A DNA stretch of 64,000 nucleotides from an uncultured virus (IMG/VR IMGVR_UViG_3300009128_000013) (Duplodnaviria; Heunggongvirae; Uroviricota; Caudoviricetes), in IMG/VR virus record IMGVR_UViG_3300009128_000013; one strand, written 5' to 3'. How positions within the stretch are numbered: the stretch's first letter is position 1; each line of letters starts with the position of its first letter. Position numbers and translations under genes: made by a program. Shown here one piece after another: positions 7,837-18,269 of this stretch. A model generated the notes under the pieces. That model saw nothing but the letters and a program-made list of their open reading frames with translations. It searched no databases and was not told the DNA's origin.

Positions 7837-10800
7837 TTAACTTCCAGATGTTGTTACTGTTGTTTCGTTTGGCTGAACTGTAGCTGTAGTACTGGTGTCA
7901 CTGGTGGATTCTTGATTTCCATCTTCGTATGGGTGACCAAAACGATCTCTAACAATATTACCGACGCCATACGGAGCAGACGTCATCATTCCCTGTGAGT
8001 CTAAACCTATAGGCAAGTCGTGGATTGGTGAGAAGCCTATTGTTATCTGAACAACCATTGGTGCTCTCAAGTTTCTTTCTTGGTCTGTACCCCATAGTGA
8101 CTCTTCATTTGCAATGTCTAACTGTGTAATTACACCGGCGAGCCCCTCGCCTCTTGTTGACTCAAATGCCCTTACTACGCTATTTCTGTCTGGATCAAAG
8201 AACGATTGAATATTTTTTTGGCTATTCCAGACTTCATCGTTAGTGTGCTCGTTGTTAGTACTTATGCTACCAACTAGTGCAGTGTCTATGGTTTGAAGAG
8301 TCTCTATCGGCGCGCCTTCGTAGATTTCGTTGGTATAGTGCTGTAATAACCCAGCATAGTATTCGTCTGTGGCGTCATCAACTTCACTGTGATATGCTAA
8401 TATTCTAACGTTATTTGCAGATATACTCTGACTAGATAATTCGTTATTTACCCACTTTGCGGTTGCACCTTTGGGCTTGAGTATCATATAGCCTCTATTG
8501 TGTGTTGTTTGTGTGGTAGTCCATGTATGTTCTATATCCCACATATATTTGTGGCCAGCTGAGGGATTTTCAACACTCATCTGACGGACTTCATCGGTAG
8601 TTGAAGTGACTCTAGAAACCACGTTTGATGCATTTGACCCAAGGCCACCTTCGATCATTTCGTCAATTTCTTCGGGAGTAGCATAGATACCGCTATCTGT
8701 CAGGGTGTGAGGCACTAGTGAATGAGATGTAGTAGGGTCAACATTATACTCAACCTCCCATGGCCCACGCGGGGCAGTAGAATTATAGATTCCCGATAAT
8801 TTTATACCCTTGTTGGCAGAGCCTGTAGACTCTCTCAAGTAGAACTTAGCTTCAGAAGTTAGTTTGACAGGGACGCCTGGGGTTATGTTGTTTTTGTCAT
8901 CCTGAAACTGCTCCCTGTGTTGTCTTACAGTATCTTGTGCACTTATTACTGCTTGATTGTACTCTTCAATATCTTCCCTATTGTCGGTGATACTTTGTAG
9001 GGTGACAGGATCGCCCACTCTAAATGTATTTTCATCTTTTCCCAAGCCAAATAATCTACCCAAGCCAAATCTTGAGTAATTCGACTTGAGCAAGTCGCCT
9101 AATCTTAGCCTTATAAGCGGTGATGCTGTTTGAATTTGAGAAAACGGAACAGTAAACCTCTGTTCTAAGTCATCTTTGCCAATTGCTACTGTTCTACCAT
9201 CAGAGTATTGTGGGTAACACATAGAGACAAGTTTATTTATGTTATACCACATAACTTCATGGTCTTCTGGTGATGTAGCAGCTAATGTAAAAGTGAGTGA
9301 AATGTTTCTAGAGGTTTTGCTGTAAATATGAACATCGTCCATTCGGCCATATCCACCCACTTTATTATAGTCGACAGAAAAGCCGTCTGATATGCTTGAA
9401 ATAAACGCATGAAATGCTAATATCTCATTTGTCCTTAGGTCATGAAAGTAAAATGGGCAGTACTCACTGTCTAAGTTCTTTTCAATGTGTTTGACATAAT
9501 CACTAGTGAGACGATTGTTCTCAGTAGTATTACCGTCGCCCCACTGCTCTGCCAATGCTGTCAAGTCTGTGTTGGTCAGAGTATTGTTATCATCATGAGA
9601 AACAGAGCGCTTATTAATCATGTTAGCATCATGAGCTTGTACAGTACTGAATGTGGTTCTGGCATCTTTGAAATTATTTGATGTCAAATATCTGCTTGGC
9701 ATTGTTCGATGTGCCCAAGCTAAAGTGCCACGTTCGTACCCTAGCGGTGTGCCTAGACTAGTCTTGGAATAGATTCTACTCTTTTGATTTCGACTCTTTG
9801 CTGTAAACGGAATACCGTCTATGTCTTTACCTGGGCTAAATGCTGTAGATCCAAACTGTGATATTAGGCCTGCATTTCCTAGCTCAGCCATCTTAGACAT
9901 AAAAAGCCATACTTTAGTATTGAAAAACCCAAGAAGTACTGTGCCAAATCCACCGGACGCCATGGCTATTGCTAATTCAGCAGGAGACTTTCCAGCAAAG
10001 AAATTAGTCAGATCTTCAGAAAATGAAGTTATATCCCTAACTAGCATTCTATGAATTACAGCAAAATATCCAGGATGCAATGAAACATTGCCTAAACCCT
10101 GGATAAAACCTGTCACCATTGACGCATCGAATGCTTTTGCTGAATTGTGTCTTCTGCCGTAAAACATAGACAACCCTACAGCTAGACATCTATCAAAACC
10201 ATAGTCTATGTCGGGTATGTTCATTTTTAGTTTTTTATACTTGTGTACACTTCCTCGTCCGGTTCTAGAATTTCCTTTTATCATTTCATGTGGACTAGAG
10301 GCATGACTTTCATTCCTGCTGAGGCTTTCGTCCATTACAGAAATATCTGTCTTTGTTATCAAGTCAATAATTGTTGTAGCTAGTGACAAGACACCGTAGC
10401 CGGTTGCTGCTACTGTAATCATGCCTACATTTGTTCCGCCTTCTGTACCGGGTGTTCCCCATGGATTGTCGGGAGAATTGAGAACACCGAATGACTTCGT
10501 CGGCTGCAAAGAATCACTAGAGAGCAAGCCCCCGTCAATATCACTTTGAGTTAACAATGCAGCGTCTATCTGCGTCATCATGGGGGTTGAGCCGTCTGTT
10601 GTGGGCTGATTATTCATTGGGCGCATGTCTTCAGTGTCAACTTTAGATATCGCCATCTGGTTCATTGACGGTAATAAAGCGGACACTGTGCCCACACTCT
10701 CGACTGTGTCCGGATTAATTCCGAATTCCCCGCATGCCTGAAGCAAGATTGACTGTGTCATTTTCTTGAGATCATTTACTGTAACACCGACGCCCTCCGG

Positions 10801-11415
10801 AGGACTGTATGAGCCCATTGTATCTTGTTTGGACCACAAGCCCTTTGAGAATTCTCCGTCCTCTAAGAATGATGTGTTATTGGGATCTGGGTTGAATCGA
10901 TTATACCTCAAGACATCAGATATTTTTCCCTGGAGCGGTGTGGGAGGAACATCATAAACGTCCTTGTTGCCGGCTCTTTTCACCGGTGAAACAGTTGCAA
11001 TATCAATTGAGTCAATATTTTTTCCGTCTGCTTCAAGTTCATCTCGGTATACACTGAGAGGAGAGCTTTCTCCCTTGTTTACTGTTCCTCTTCTAGTGTT
11101 TCCGAACCTCCCGGCTGAGTTATTGCCTAGACTGTTGGAATCGCTAACCTTCAGATCATTCTGGAACGTTCCAGCTGTTTCTCCTGAGGGTATGAATGAG
11201 TCAGCAGGTAGAGGTGTTGATCCACCGGTAGGGACTGGTCGCTTGTTTTTCAGTGTTTTATCTTTGAGAAAATCTCCCAAAGTTTGACGAGATTCATATG
11301 AAATGTCGTCAGAGTCCATGATGACCTGTGTTCCTCTTTCTGGCACTAAGTCAGGAAAGCCCGGGTTATACAGGTTTGAGGACTTTTGTCCTTTTAGATC
11401 ATCATTTTCAGCCAT
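7837..11415 (-). CDS. Large baseplate / tail-tube initiator protein (gp48/gp54-like domain)
   Basis: AFHAFISSISDGFSVDYNKV..YGRMDDVHIYSKTSRNISLTF..PLIRLRLGDL; lies between tape measure and LysM genes. Confidence 0.6.
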   Translation of the reverse strand: MAENDDLKGQKSSNLYNPGFPDLVPERGTQVIMDSDDISYESRQTLGDFLKDKTLKNKRPVPTGGSTPLPADSFIPSGETAGTFQNDLKVSDSNSLGNNSAGRFGNTRRGTVNKGESSPLSVYRDELEADGKNIDSIDIATVSPVKRAGNKDVYDVPPTPLQGKISDVLRYNRFNPDPNNTSFLEDGEFSKGLWSKQDTMGSYSPPEGVGVTVNDLKKMTQSILLQACGEFGINPDTVESVGTVSALLPSMNQMAISKVDTEDMRPMNNQPTTDGSTPMMTQIDAALLTQSDIDGGLLSSDSLQPTKSFGVLNSPDNPWGTPGTEGGTNVGMITVAATGYGVLSLATTIIDLITKTDISVMDESLSRNESHASSPHEMIKGNSRTGRGSVHKYKKLKMNIPDIDYGFDRCLAVGLSMFYGRRHNSAKAFDASMVTGFIQGLGNVSLHPGYFAVIHRMLVRDITSFSEDLTNFFAGKSPAELAIAMASGGFGTVLLGFFNTKVWLFMSKMAELGNAGLISQFGSTAFSPGKDIDGIPFTAKSRNQKSRIYSKTSLGTPLGYERGTLAWAHRTMPSRYLTSNNFKDARTTFSTVQAHDANMINKRSVSHDDNNTLTNTDLTALAEQWGDGNTTENNRLTSDYVKHIEKNLDSEYCPFYFHDLRTNEILAFHAFISSISDGFSVDYNKVGGYGRMDDVHIYSKTSRNISLTFTLAATSPEDHEVMWYNINKLVSMCYPQYSDGRTVAIGKDDLEQRFTVPFSQIQTASPLIRLRLGDLLKSNYSRFGLGRLFGLGKDENTFRVGDPVTLQSITDNREDIEEYNQAVISAQDTVRQHREQFQDDKNNITPGVPVKLTSEAKFYLRESTGSANKGIKLSGIYNSTAPRGPWEVEYNVDPTTSHSLVPHTLTDSGIYATPEEIDEMIEGGLGSNASNVVSRVTSTTDEVRQMSVENPSAGHKYMWDIEHTWTTTQTTHNRGYMILKPKGATAKWVNNELSSQSISANNVRILAYHSEVDDATDEYYAGLLQHYTNEIYEGAPIETLQTIDTALVGSISTNNEHTNDEVWNSQKNIQSFFDPDRNSVVRAFESTRGEGLAGVITQLDIANEESLWGTDQERNLRAPMVVQITIGFSPIHDLPIGLDSQGMMTSAPYGVGNIVRDRFGHPYEDGNQESTSDTSTTATVQPNETTVTTSGS

Positions 11416-11418
11416 AGT

Positions 11419-11712
11419 CTACTTTTCTTCCTTGGGCTTAAGCGTTGATTGTGATTGATTGTCTGCTGTACCTGTAAATAGGTCAATGTCGTGGTTTTCT
11501 GCATTGTGTATTGCGTACTTTATAATATCAATAGCAGTACATACTTTCCTGAATTCATTCTCCATAAAAGCTCTAGAGCTGCCTGTTGACTGGTTCAAAA
11601 GTTCAGCTGCTACGGCATACGGACCTTCTTTGGGAGATAACAAAATCTCTGAAAACGACTCGCCGTAGTTTGGAAGATCTCTAATTGTTTCAAATATTTT
11701 TTCATCACTCAT
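11419..11712 (-). CDS. Hypothetical protein
   Basis: 97-aa ORF with an AGGTG SD-like site. Confidence 0.6.
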   Translation of the reverse strand: MSDEKIFETIRDLPNYGESFSEILLSPKEGPYAVAAELLNQSTGSSRAFMENEFRKVCTAIDIIKYAIHNAENHDIDLFTGTADNQSQSTLKPKEEK

Positions 11713-11720
11713 AATTTCAC

Positions 11721-14700
11721 CTAGTCTATTCGAACTGTTCGGAACTGGGATGTTCTGGATAGCCTGGTTGCAATTTGATCAGCGTCCATCTTCAAGTCCA
11801 AGTTAATTGTGATTTGAACCGGATCGTTATTGATCGTAAATGTCTCTTTGTCAATACCGATTGCATTAGCAAGATTCTGAATATCTGCACGGAGATTTAT
11901 ATTTCCCCCAACATTGTTCAGAAGCTCTTTTACTTGATTAGCTCTTTCTATAAGACCGCCGACTGCAGCAAGTGGACCCTCAACAGCTGCATCCATGACA
12001 TTTCCGACTTCTTTGAGTCTAGACTTTGATATTCCATAGATCGAATTGTCAGACAGCTTGACTAGCAGCGCTGCCAACGAATTATCGCCTCTACTCCAAT
12101 TGACACCGTGTAATGCGACTAGTGCACTGTTGATAGCTCCAGTTGCCGCATTCGGGTCGCCCGGTACGTCGGGTCCGGGCGCGCCAAAGGCTTGAAATTG
12201 TGTCATCATAGACATCATAGTCATAAGTACGTCTAAGCCTATCTTCACAGAACACATACTCTTTATCTGATCTTTTGAAAGCGCCGGCATATTACCCATT
12301 GCTTGGACTAGCTGATGAACTGGGCCGCCGCTGTTGAGCAGGGTGGTCACAAGCATATTCATATTGATTGCAACAGATTCTAATGATGATATCTGTCTTC
12401 CGCTAGAATCAAACAACTCAACGTAACCTCCAGCATTTGAAAAGATTCTAGACGATAATGGGTTTGAAGGATCTTGCGGATCAAAGATATCACCCAAGAC
12501 ACCCAAAATACTCAAAGCTCCCGCGACGGCCTCTATCTGTTTTGTAGCTGTCTCTGGATCATCGATCCCAGATGCTACTTCTCTTAGTTGGATTACTAGA
12601 TCTTTTATGGACGGAATTATTGACTTAAACATGTTAGTAAACCCATCCATTATTTCTGTCATAGAATTAGCTACTGAGTTTGTCCTGTCAGCATTTGGAT
12701 ATAATGCAAATTCTGTTTGTTGCCTAATTAGCTCTGCAATAATTGGACCCAAACCTTGAGACATCGCTCCGATTGCTTCTGCTATAGGCCCAACCATGAG
12801 TACTATACTCTCAATCTTTGCTGCTGAGACTGATCTCATTGCAGGATCCGACAACATTTTCCCAACTGATTGCATTATATCGCCAATTACCGGACCAAAG
12901 GTTGACAGAATTGTGACTAATTGTGGACCGATTCGCGAAGAGTATTTGCCCATAGCATCAACGAATTCAGGAAAGTCGTCATTGTCAATGTTGGAAGCTA
13001 CTGCAGATAGTACAGCTGGATTTGGTTGAAGTGCCATAGCTATTGATCCTAGCGACTCAAATACAGGACCAAGTGCTGATATTAGCGAAAGGCCTTCTTG
13101 TGTAATATTACTTGCCGCAGCCATGAATTCAGATGATAAAAATGTGTCAGTAATTGTTTTGATAACTTTGTTGAGTGCTTTTCCTGAGCTTTTAACAAAT
13201 TTTGCCATTGCCCACATAAACGAATCTAGATCGTCGTTGTCAATATTGTCAGCAACATTTTTCATCATTGCTTCGTTGGGCTGTAAAACACTAGTTATTC
13301 CGGAAACAGCTGATAACGCGCCACTAATCGCGCTAACTGCTGCCAATCCTTGACTAGTTATGTCAGGGCTTTTGGCTAGATCAACTAGCAAGTCAATTAT
13401 GTGACCAATTCCTCGACCTTTTCCTACTAGTGCTTCGACCAACTCAACAACAGCAGCAATATTTTTCTCCAATTGATCTGGCTGAGCGCCAGGTGGGGGC
13501 TTAAGGGCATCTACTAATCCAGCTAGCTGACCCACAAAACCTGCGATTGAATTGATCACATCGATAATCATGTCAACAACTAGCTTTGTTTTTGCTGGAT
13601 CTGGAATATCAGCTTCAGATATCCTTATAATTCCGGGCAGCAAATTATCAACCATAGCATCAGCCATTTCTCCAAGAGCATCAAACCCTAGCATAATTAA
13701 ACCAAAGCCTGCTACAAGAGGTAGCATCATGACACCGAGAATCATCAAAATAGGTATCAAGCCTACAAGAGTCCAAATCATACTAATCATCGAACCCAAC
13801 AGAGTTGAAACCTTATTAGTATCTACGTCGAGGTCATTGAGTGCTATCATAAATCCTGTAGTGAAAGCAGCTAGTGCCACAGCTATCAATGCTAAGCCGG
13901 CGAGCACTAAGAGGGACGTGCCTATTGTCACAGGATTTATCATACCGGCCATGATAATTAATAGCCCGGCGAGAAGACCGGTCTGAAGTATAAGGAATGA
14001 CTGTATTAAAAAGAACTTTATAATTGTGTCCATTGACGGAGCTTGTACAAGTCCCATAAGTGCCATGATCCCCACTGTAAACAAGCCCATGGCAGCGCCT
14101 AATAATGCTAGCATTGCAATTGTGGTAAGATCTTTGGGCGATGCAGCTTGCGCACCCGGGTTTTTCAATGCCATCGCAGTAAACCCTAATGCTGCAACAA
14201 CAACTGACATTGCAACTAAGATCAGACCCACTTTCATTGATGTCGCAGGATCTAGCCCCTGTAGCAGTCCGTAAGCAATCAAAAATCCCACAGCTAAGGC
14301 TGCAATTCCTACAGTAATAAATAATGCCATCTTAGCAGCTGCAGCTATTGCTCCTTTCCACCCTCCGGAGGCCATAACAGCTTTGTCAGCTGCGTTAAGT
14401 TCGGCTGCAGTACTAGCTTGCTTGGCAGCTATGCCCGGTGGGATGGTTGGGCCCATCTTTCCTGCCGCGATAGAGGCTGTACCGGACATTTTTGAAAAGA
14501 ATCCACCAATTAGCTTGAGAGCTTTTGCAGCTGCACCGCCCTTAAGTGCAGACATTGTTGCCCCAAGAATAATTTTAGTACCGATAAAATACGTAAAATA
14601 CTTTGCTGCTTCCTTACCATCAGCTGAGTTGATAAATGTCTTGAACGCGGTTTTGATCATCGTCCCGTAAGCGCTCAATAGTTGAGGCATCACCATCTCA

Positions 14701-16697
14701 AGTGTTCTCACAATTTCAGACCAAAGTGACATAAATGCATCACGGAGTTTGTCTGCTTCTGCAGACGGTACCGGGTTTTCTAACCAGTCATTTAGGACAC
14801 TAAACATCATTGTCAAGCCACGAACTGCCAAAATAAACAACTCACGAAAGAGAACACCCGCTGCTTGCAAAAACGCGGTTGCACCCTCTTTGACCATACT
14901 GACACCGTCGCCGGACCTGCCAAAAAAACTCTTGAATGCTTTCTTAACTGCTTCAATAAAATTTTCAACTCCGCGCTTTGGATCAGTCCTGAGCATCTTG
15001 AACATATCTTCAAATGCATCATAAAGTTCGCCAAATAATTTTCTGAAGCTGGCAGGATCAAATATGTCTCGCAAGCCCTTGAACATTTTCTGGACACCTG
15101 GGAATTCTCTCATGAACATTCTTCCCAGCTTGATTCCGAATTTATAGCCTTCTCGTAGCGATCGGTTCATGTCGATCATAAGACCACGATATTCTTCAGT
15201 TCGTTTGAAACCTACACTAAATCCTTGTGATATTGAATCAAAGAAGCTTGAAAATTGTCTAGTCCCTTGCCTTGTGAGCCTTTTGATATTGTCTGCCATT
15301 TCTTGCATGATCTTGCTTTGCTCTTTCATGACATCAATTTCAGATTCAGCTTCCTTCCCTAGCTCATTGTAATTGGCTTCACCTGCAAGGAATCGTCTGG
15401 CTTCTTCAGCAGATAGACCCATTGTTGTAGAGAGTAATTGAAGTTCTTGCTTGGTCATATTTTGAACTGACCGGCCTGTTTGATCAAATGCGTCCTTAAG
15501 CATTTGAGCTTGTTTGGCAGGATTCTGCTCTTGCATCATTTGCATTGCATCAATATTCATACCGAATGCTTGTGAAAGCATTGAAGCAGATTGAGCTGCA
15601 TCATCAAAATTCATCCACTTCTGAGACAACTTACCCAGCGTTGCTATTTCTACACCGAGCTTCTGGGCATATGTTGTCACACGGGCCATTTCTTCTACAC
15701 CCATATTTCCAAAATTCTCAACGTCTTTTGTAATCTCTGCCATACCCTTTGACATGGTTTTGACATTAATTCCAAATTGCTTGCTATAGCTTAAAGCTAC
15801 GCCAGAGAATCGAGTCATCGCATCGATTGGATCTTTACCCATATCTCTAGCAGCACTCATAACATCTGCAAATGCTTCTGCTGTGAGTCCCAGGCCGCGC
15901 CTTTGCATGTCTAGCTGGACTTGATTGCCCTTAAGTGCATCAGTCATCGAGTGTAGGGCCGGCCCTAAGGCAGAGGCTATCTCCATGAATGATCTCATAG
16001 CAGCAGCAACACCCTCTCTATGATAACCGTAGACTCTGGCCATTCTTAGGCCGGTCCCGGCAAGGTCTTGCATTTGAGATCTTACGTCTTGAACAGTACT
16101 AGCAAACATCTGGCCTTCATTAGACGCTAAGCTACCAAATTGTTCTCTAATTTCATTTAGGGCAACTCGAATTTCGGAGACACCTGTCTTAGAGCCTGCC
16201 TCTGCTATTAGTCCGCCAAGTATCTTAAACGGTGTAGATATAATAGCAAATGCAAGCTTCCCTAAGCTAGTTACAACACTCATAACACCTGATGCTACAC
16301 TTGATAGTATCTTAGTTGTGCCCTTGAAGGCACTAAATAGTCCTACGCCGAAGCCCAATGCAGCTGTTTTGCCCACACTCAGATTCTTGAATAGACCCCT
16401 ACTCGAATTAGTTGCATTATTAGCTGCATCTGCGCCTCTGTTTCCAGCTGATTCAAGCTCGTCACCAAGCTTGTCAGCGCTGTCAGCTGCTTGTTCTAAG
16501 CTATCATTCAACTCATTTATATCATCAGCACCTGGGGGTTTTATTTTATTCATCGTCTTGAGAAGCTGCTTAGCAAGCCCTAATTGAGTTCTCAATTCAG
16601 ATGTATGATTGCTATACAATCCACTGCGCTTCAGAAGAACTTTGTTTATGTCCTCCTGAATTTTGAATTGTTTTCCTAAATCTTCACTAGATGCCAT
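11721..16697 (-). CDS. Tape measure protein
   Basis: 1658 aa, Ala/Gly/Met-rich and helical, long central hydrophobic stretch, downstream of the tube and chaperone genes. Confidence 0.85.
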   Translation of the reverse strand: MASSEDLGKQFKIQEDINKVLLKRSGLYSNHTSELRTQLGLAKQLLKTMNKIKPPGADDINELNDSLEQAADSADKLGDELESAGNRGADAANNATNSSRGLFKNLSVGKTAALGFGVGLFSAFKGTTKILSSVASGVMSVVTSLGKLAFAIISTPFKILGGLIAEAGSKTGVSEIRVALNEIREQFGSLASNEGQMFASTVQDVRSQMQDLAGTGLRMARVYGYHREGVAAAMRSFMEIASALGPALHSMTDALKGNQVQLDMQRRGLGLTAEAFADVMSAARDMGKDPIDAMTRFSGVALSYSKQFGINVKTMSKGMAEITKDVENFGNMGVEEMARVTTYAQKLGVEIATLGKLSQKWMNFDDAAQSASMLSQAFGMNIDAMQMMQEQNPAKQAQMLKDAFDQTGRSVQNMTKQELQLLSTTMGLSAEEARRFLAGEANYNELGKEAESEIDVMKEQSKIMQEMADNIKRLTRQGTRQFSSFFDSISQGFSVGFKRTEEYRGLMIDMNRSLREGYKFGIKLGRMFMREFPGVQKMFKGLRDIFDPASFRKLFGELYDAFEDMFKMLRTDPKRGVENFIEAVKKAFKSFFGRSGDGVSMVKEGATAFLQAAGVLFRELFILAVRGLTMMFSVLNDWLENPVPSAEADKLRDAFMSLWSEIVRTLEMVMPQLLSAYGTMIKTAFKTFINSADGKEAAKYFTYFIGTKIILGATMSALKGGAAAKALKLIGGFFSKMSGTASIAAGKMGPTIPPGIAAKQASTAAELNAADKAVMASGGWKGAIAAAAKMALFITVGIAALAVGFLIAYGLLQGLDPATSMKVGLILVAMSVVVAALGFTAMALKNPGAQAASPKDLTTIAMLALLGAAMGLFTVGIMALMGLVQAPSMDTIIKFFLIQSFLILQTGLLAGLLIIMAGMINPVTIGTSLLVLAGLALIAVALAAFTTGFMIALNDLDVDTNKVSTLLGSMISMIWTLVGLIPILMILGVMMLPLVAGFGLIMLGFDALGEMADAMVDNLLPGIIRISEADIPDPAKTKLVVDMIIDVINSIAGFVGQLAGLVDALKPPPGAQPDQLEKNIAAVVELVEALVGKGRGIGHIIDLLVDLAKSPDITSQGLAAVSAISGALSAVSGITSVLQPNEAMMKNVADNIDNDDLDSFMWAMAKFVKSSGKALNKVIKTITDTFLSSEFMAAASNITQEGLSLISALGPVFESLGSIAMALQPNPAVLSAVASNIDNDDFPEFVDAMGKYSSRIGPQLVTILSTFGPVIGDIMQSVGKMLSDPAMRSVSAAKIESIVLMVGPIAEAIGAMSQGLGPIIAELIRQQTEFALYPNADRTNSVANSMTEIMDGFTNMFKSIIPSIKDLVIQLREVASGIDDPETATKQIEAVAGALSILGVLGDIFDPQDPSNPLSSRIFSNAGGYVELFDSSGRQISSLESVAINMNMLVTTLLNSGGPVHQLVQAMGNMPALSKDQIKSMCSVKIGLDVLMTMMSMMTQFQAFGAPGPDVPGDPNAATGAINSALVALHGVNWSRGDNSLAALLVKLSDNSIYGISKSRLKEVGNVMDAAVEGPLAAVGGLIERANQVKELLNNVGGNINLRADIQNLANAIGIDKETFTINNDPVQITINLDLKMDADQIATRLSRTSQFRTVRID

Positions 16698-16751
16698 GGC
16701 TAATCACACTACTATATACATCTGTAAATATCACACTGTGGATATTGCAGA

Positions 16752-17021
16752 CTATAAACGCCACACCAAACCAGTAGTATTCATGAATTTAGATGCTCGA
16801 TCATTCTTTGCTTTCATTAGATCAATAACTTTGTCTAACTTCGGATCGCTAGAATTGAGCTCTTCGTATAAAGCTTTCGAGGCTAAAATTACGTCTTTGG
16901 TTACCCTTATCTTACCCGGGGTGCCCCTAATCTTTACACCGGTAGACTCGCCGATGATGAATTTGGCAACTGCTTTTGTTAGTATGTTCAAGATAACCCT
17001 CCACAATGTACATCGATACAT
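16752..17021 (-). CDS. Hypothetical protein (true start probably the TTG near 16990 after GGAGGG)
   Basis: ORF between the chaperone and tape measure genes. Confidence 0.6.
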   Translation of the reverse strand: MYRCTLWRVILNILTKAVAKFIIGESTGVKIRGTPGKIRVTKDVILASKALYEELNSSDPKLDKVIDLMKAKNDRASKFMNTTGLVWRL

Positions 17022-17039
17022 AAATATGCCTATAGTGGA

Positions 17040-17309
17040 CTATGTGAACCTTCTTAGCTTAGCTGGCACCTGAGATCGTTGTCGGCCCATTAATGCGCGA
17101 GACTCTGCAGAGTTGGTATGAGCAGCTCTAGAATTCTCTCCGTTGCTTCTCTTAAGCTCCTTTTGTATCCTTTCAATGAACCACTTTCGTTCCCACAGAG
17201 GCAGTGTGTAAGCTTCTGAATATGAAAAACCCATGTAGTACATTAGGACAAATATGCCCTCAAGATAATACTCTTTATCTGTTGGCGTCAGGCCAAAAAA
17301 AGCTGGCAC
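17040..17309 (-). CDS. Tail assembly chaperone C-terminal extension (gpT-like), probably reached by frameshift
   Basis: Overlaps the upstream gene across a T7 run, no clear SD; IFVLMYYMGFSYSEAYTLPLWERKWFI. Confidence 0.65.
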   Translation of the reverse strand: MPAFFGLTPTDKEYYLEGIFVLMYYMGFSYSEAYTLPLWERKWFIERIQKELKRSNGENSRAAHTNSAESRALMGRQRSQVPAKLRRFT

Positions 17310-18135
17310 CTAATGGCAACCGTACCTCCGCATGCTCAAGGCAGTGTGGGCAAGTCATCCACGACTTCATATCAATGCCCGGCTCGTTGTCGTCCATAAA
17401 CCTTCGAAGCATCAATGAATCTTTAGCTGGCATATTGCGAATAAACATTCCAATCTTTGTCCTATCTGCTACCCCTTCTATAGCAACGATTGAATGTTTA
17501 AGACGTGTAGTGATAAGATTCTCTCCGGCAGCGCCTTGCTTCTTGGCGCGCTCTGTTTGGATTGTAATATCAGATTCGTCTTGTCCTGTAAGAAACTTGA
17601 ATCTAATTTTCTTTTTTGAAATAGGTAGTGTGAATTCAAAAAGATTTGCGCCATCTGCGACAGGTTGAGTCTCGAGTCGCTTTATTGGAAGCTCTGCAAG
17701 ATTGAAATCTTGTTTAGATCTTTCACTACATGCTGGACAATCTACTTCTACTTTATAGTCTGTTCCATAGCCTGTAATTCTTAGTGCTGTCATAAGAGCA
17801 TTTCGATCACCAGATATCATAGAATTAACGTCAATTGATTTGTCGATAAGACAAGACTTGATTAGATGTGTTATGACAGTCCCTTTCTTGATAAGTGCTC
17901 TAGAAGTTAGAATATCTTCTTCTCTGGCAGTCATAGATCTAATGTCAACTGTATCTTTTCCGTATAACGGAGAGTCAGCTGGATATACAATTCCTCGAGA
18001 TGGAAGAGGTACAGATTCAATTGGGACTTCATAACCAAAATCGTCGCTCATGACGTTTCTTGTTTGCATTCCGGCTGCTTTAGCATCAGATGCTGTGAAT
18101 ACTTCGTTTCTTGATTCGCGTGATGTATCAGACAC
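17275..18135 (-). CDS. Baseplate hub assembly protein / tail assembly chaperone (T4 gp26/gp51-like)
   Basis: VPLPSRG, RSMTAREEDIL, LRITGYG, CPAC, CPHC, C-terminal FFWP. Confidence 0.8.
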   Translation of the reverse strand: MSDTSRESRNEVFTASDAKAAGMQTRNVMSDDFGYEVPIESVPLPSRGIVYPADSPLYGKDTVDIRSMTAREEDILTSRALIKKGTVITHLIKSCLIDKSIDVNSMISGDRNALMTALRITGYGTDYKVEVDCPACSERSKQDFNLAELPIKRLETQPVADGANLFEFTLPISKKKIRFKFLTGQDESDITIQTERAKKQGAAGENLITTRLKHSIVAIEGVADRTKIGMFIRNMPAKDSLMLRRFMDDNEPGIDMKSWMTCPHCLEHAEVRLPLGASFFWPDANR

Positions 18136-18202
18136 TTACTTCTCCTGAAAAATATTGTTGTCTAGAGACAAATATTCTCAGTTATACAGTCAATGTAAAC
18201 AC

Positions 18203-18237
18203 AAAAGCGCCCTCTTCTACTGAATATAGAAGAGGGC
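18203..18237 (-). terminator. Intrinsic terminator after the tail tube gene
   Basis: 11-bp stem GCCCTCTTCTA/TAGAAGAGGGC followed by GCTTTT. Confidence 0.7.
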
Positions 18238-18269
18238 ACCACTAGTATCTAATTAGTTGTACAACTACA

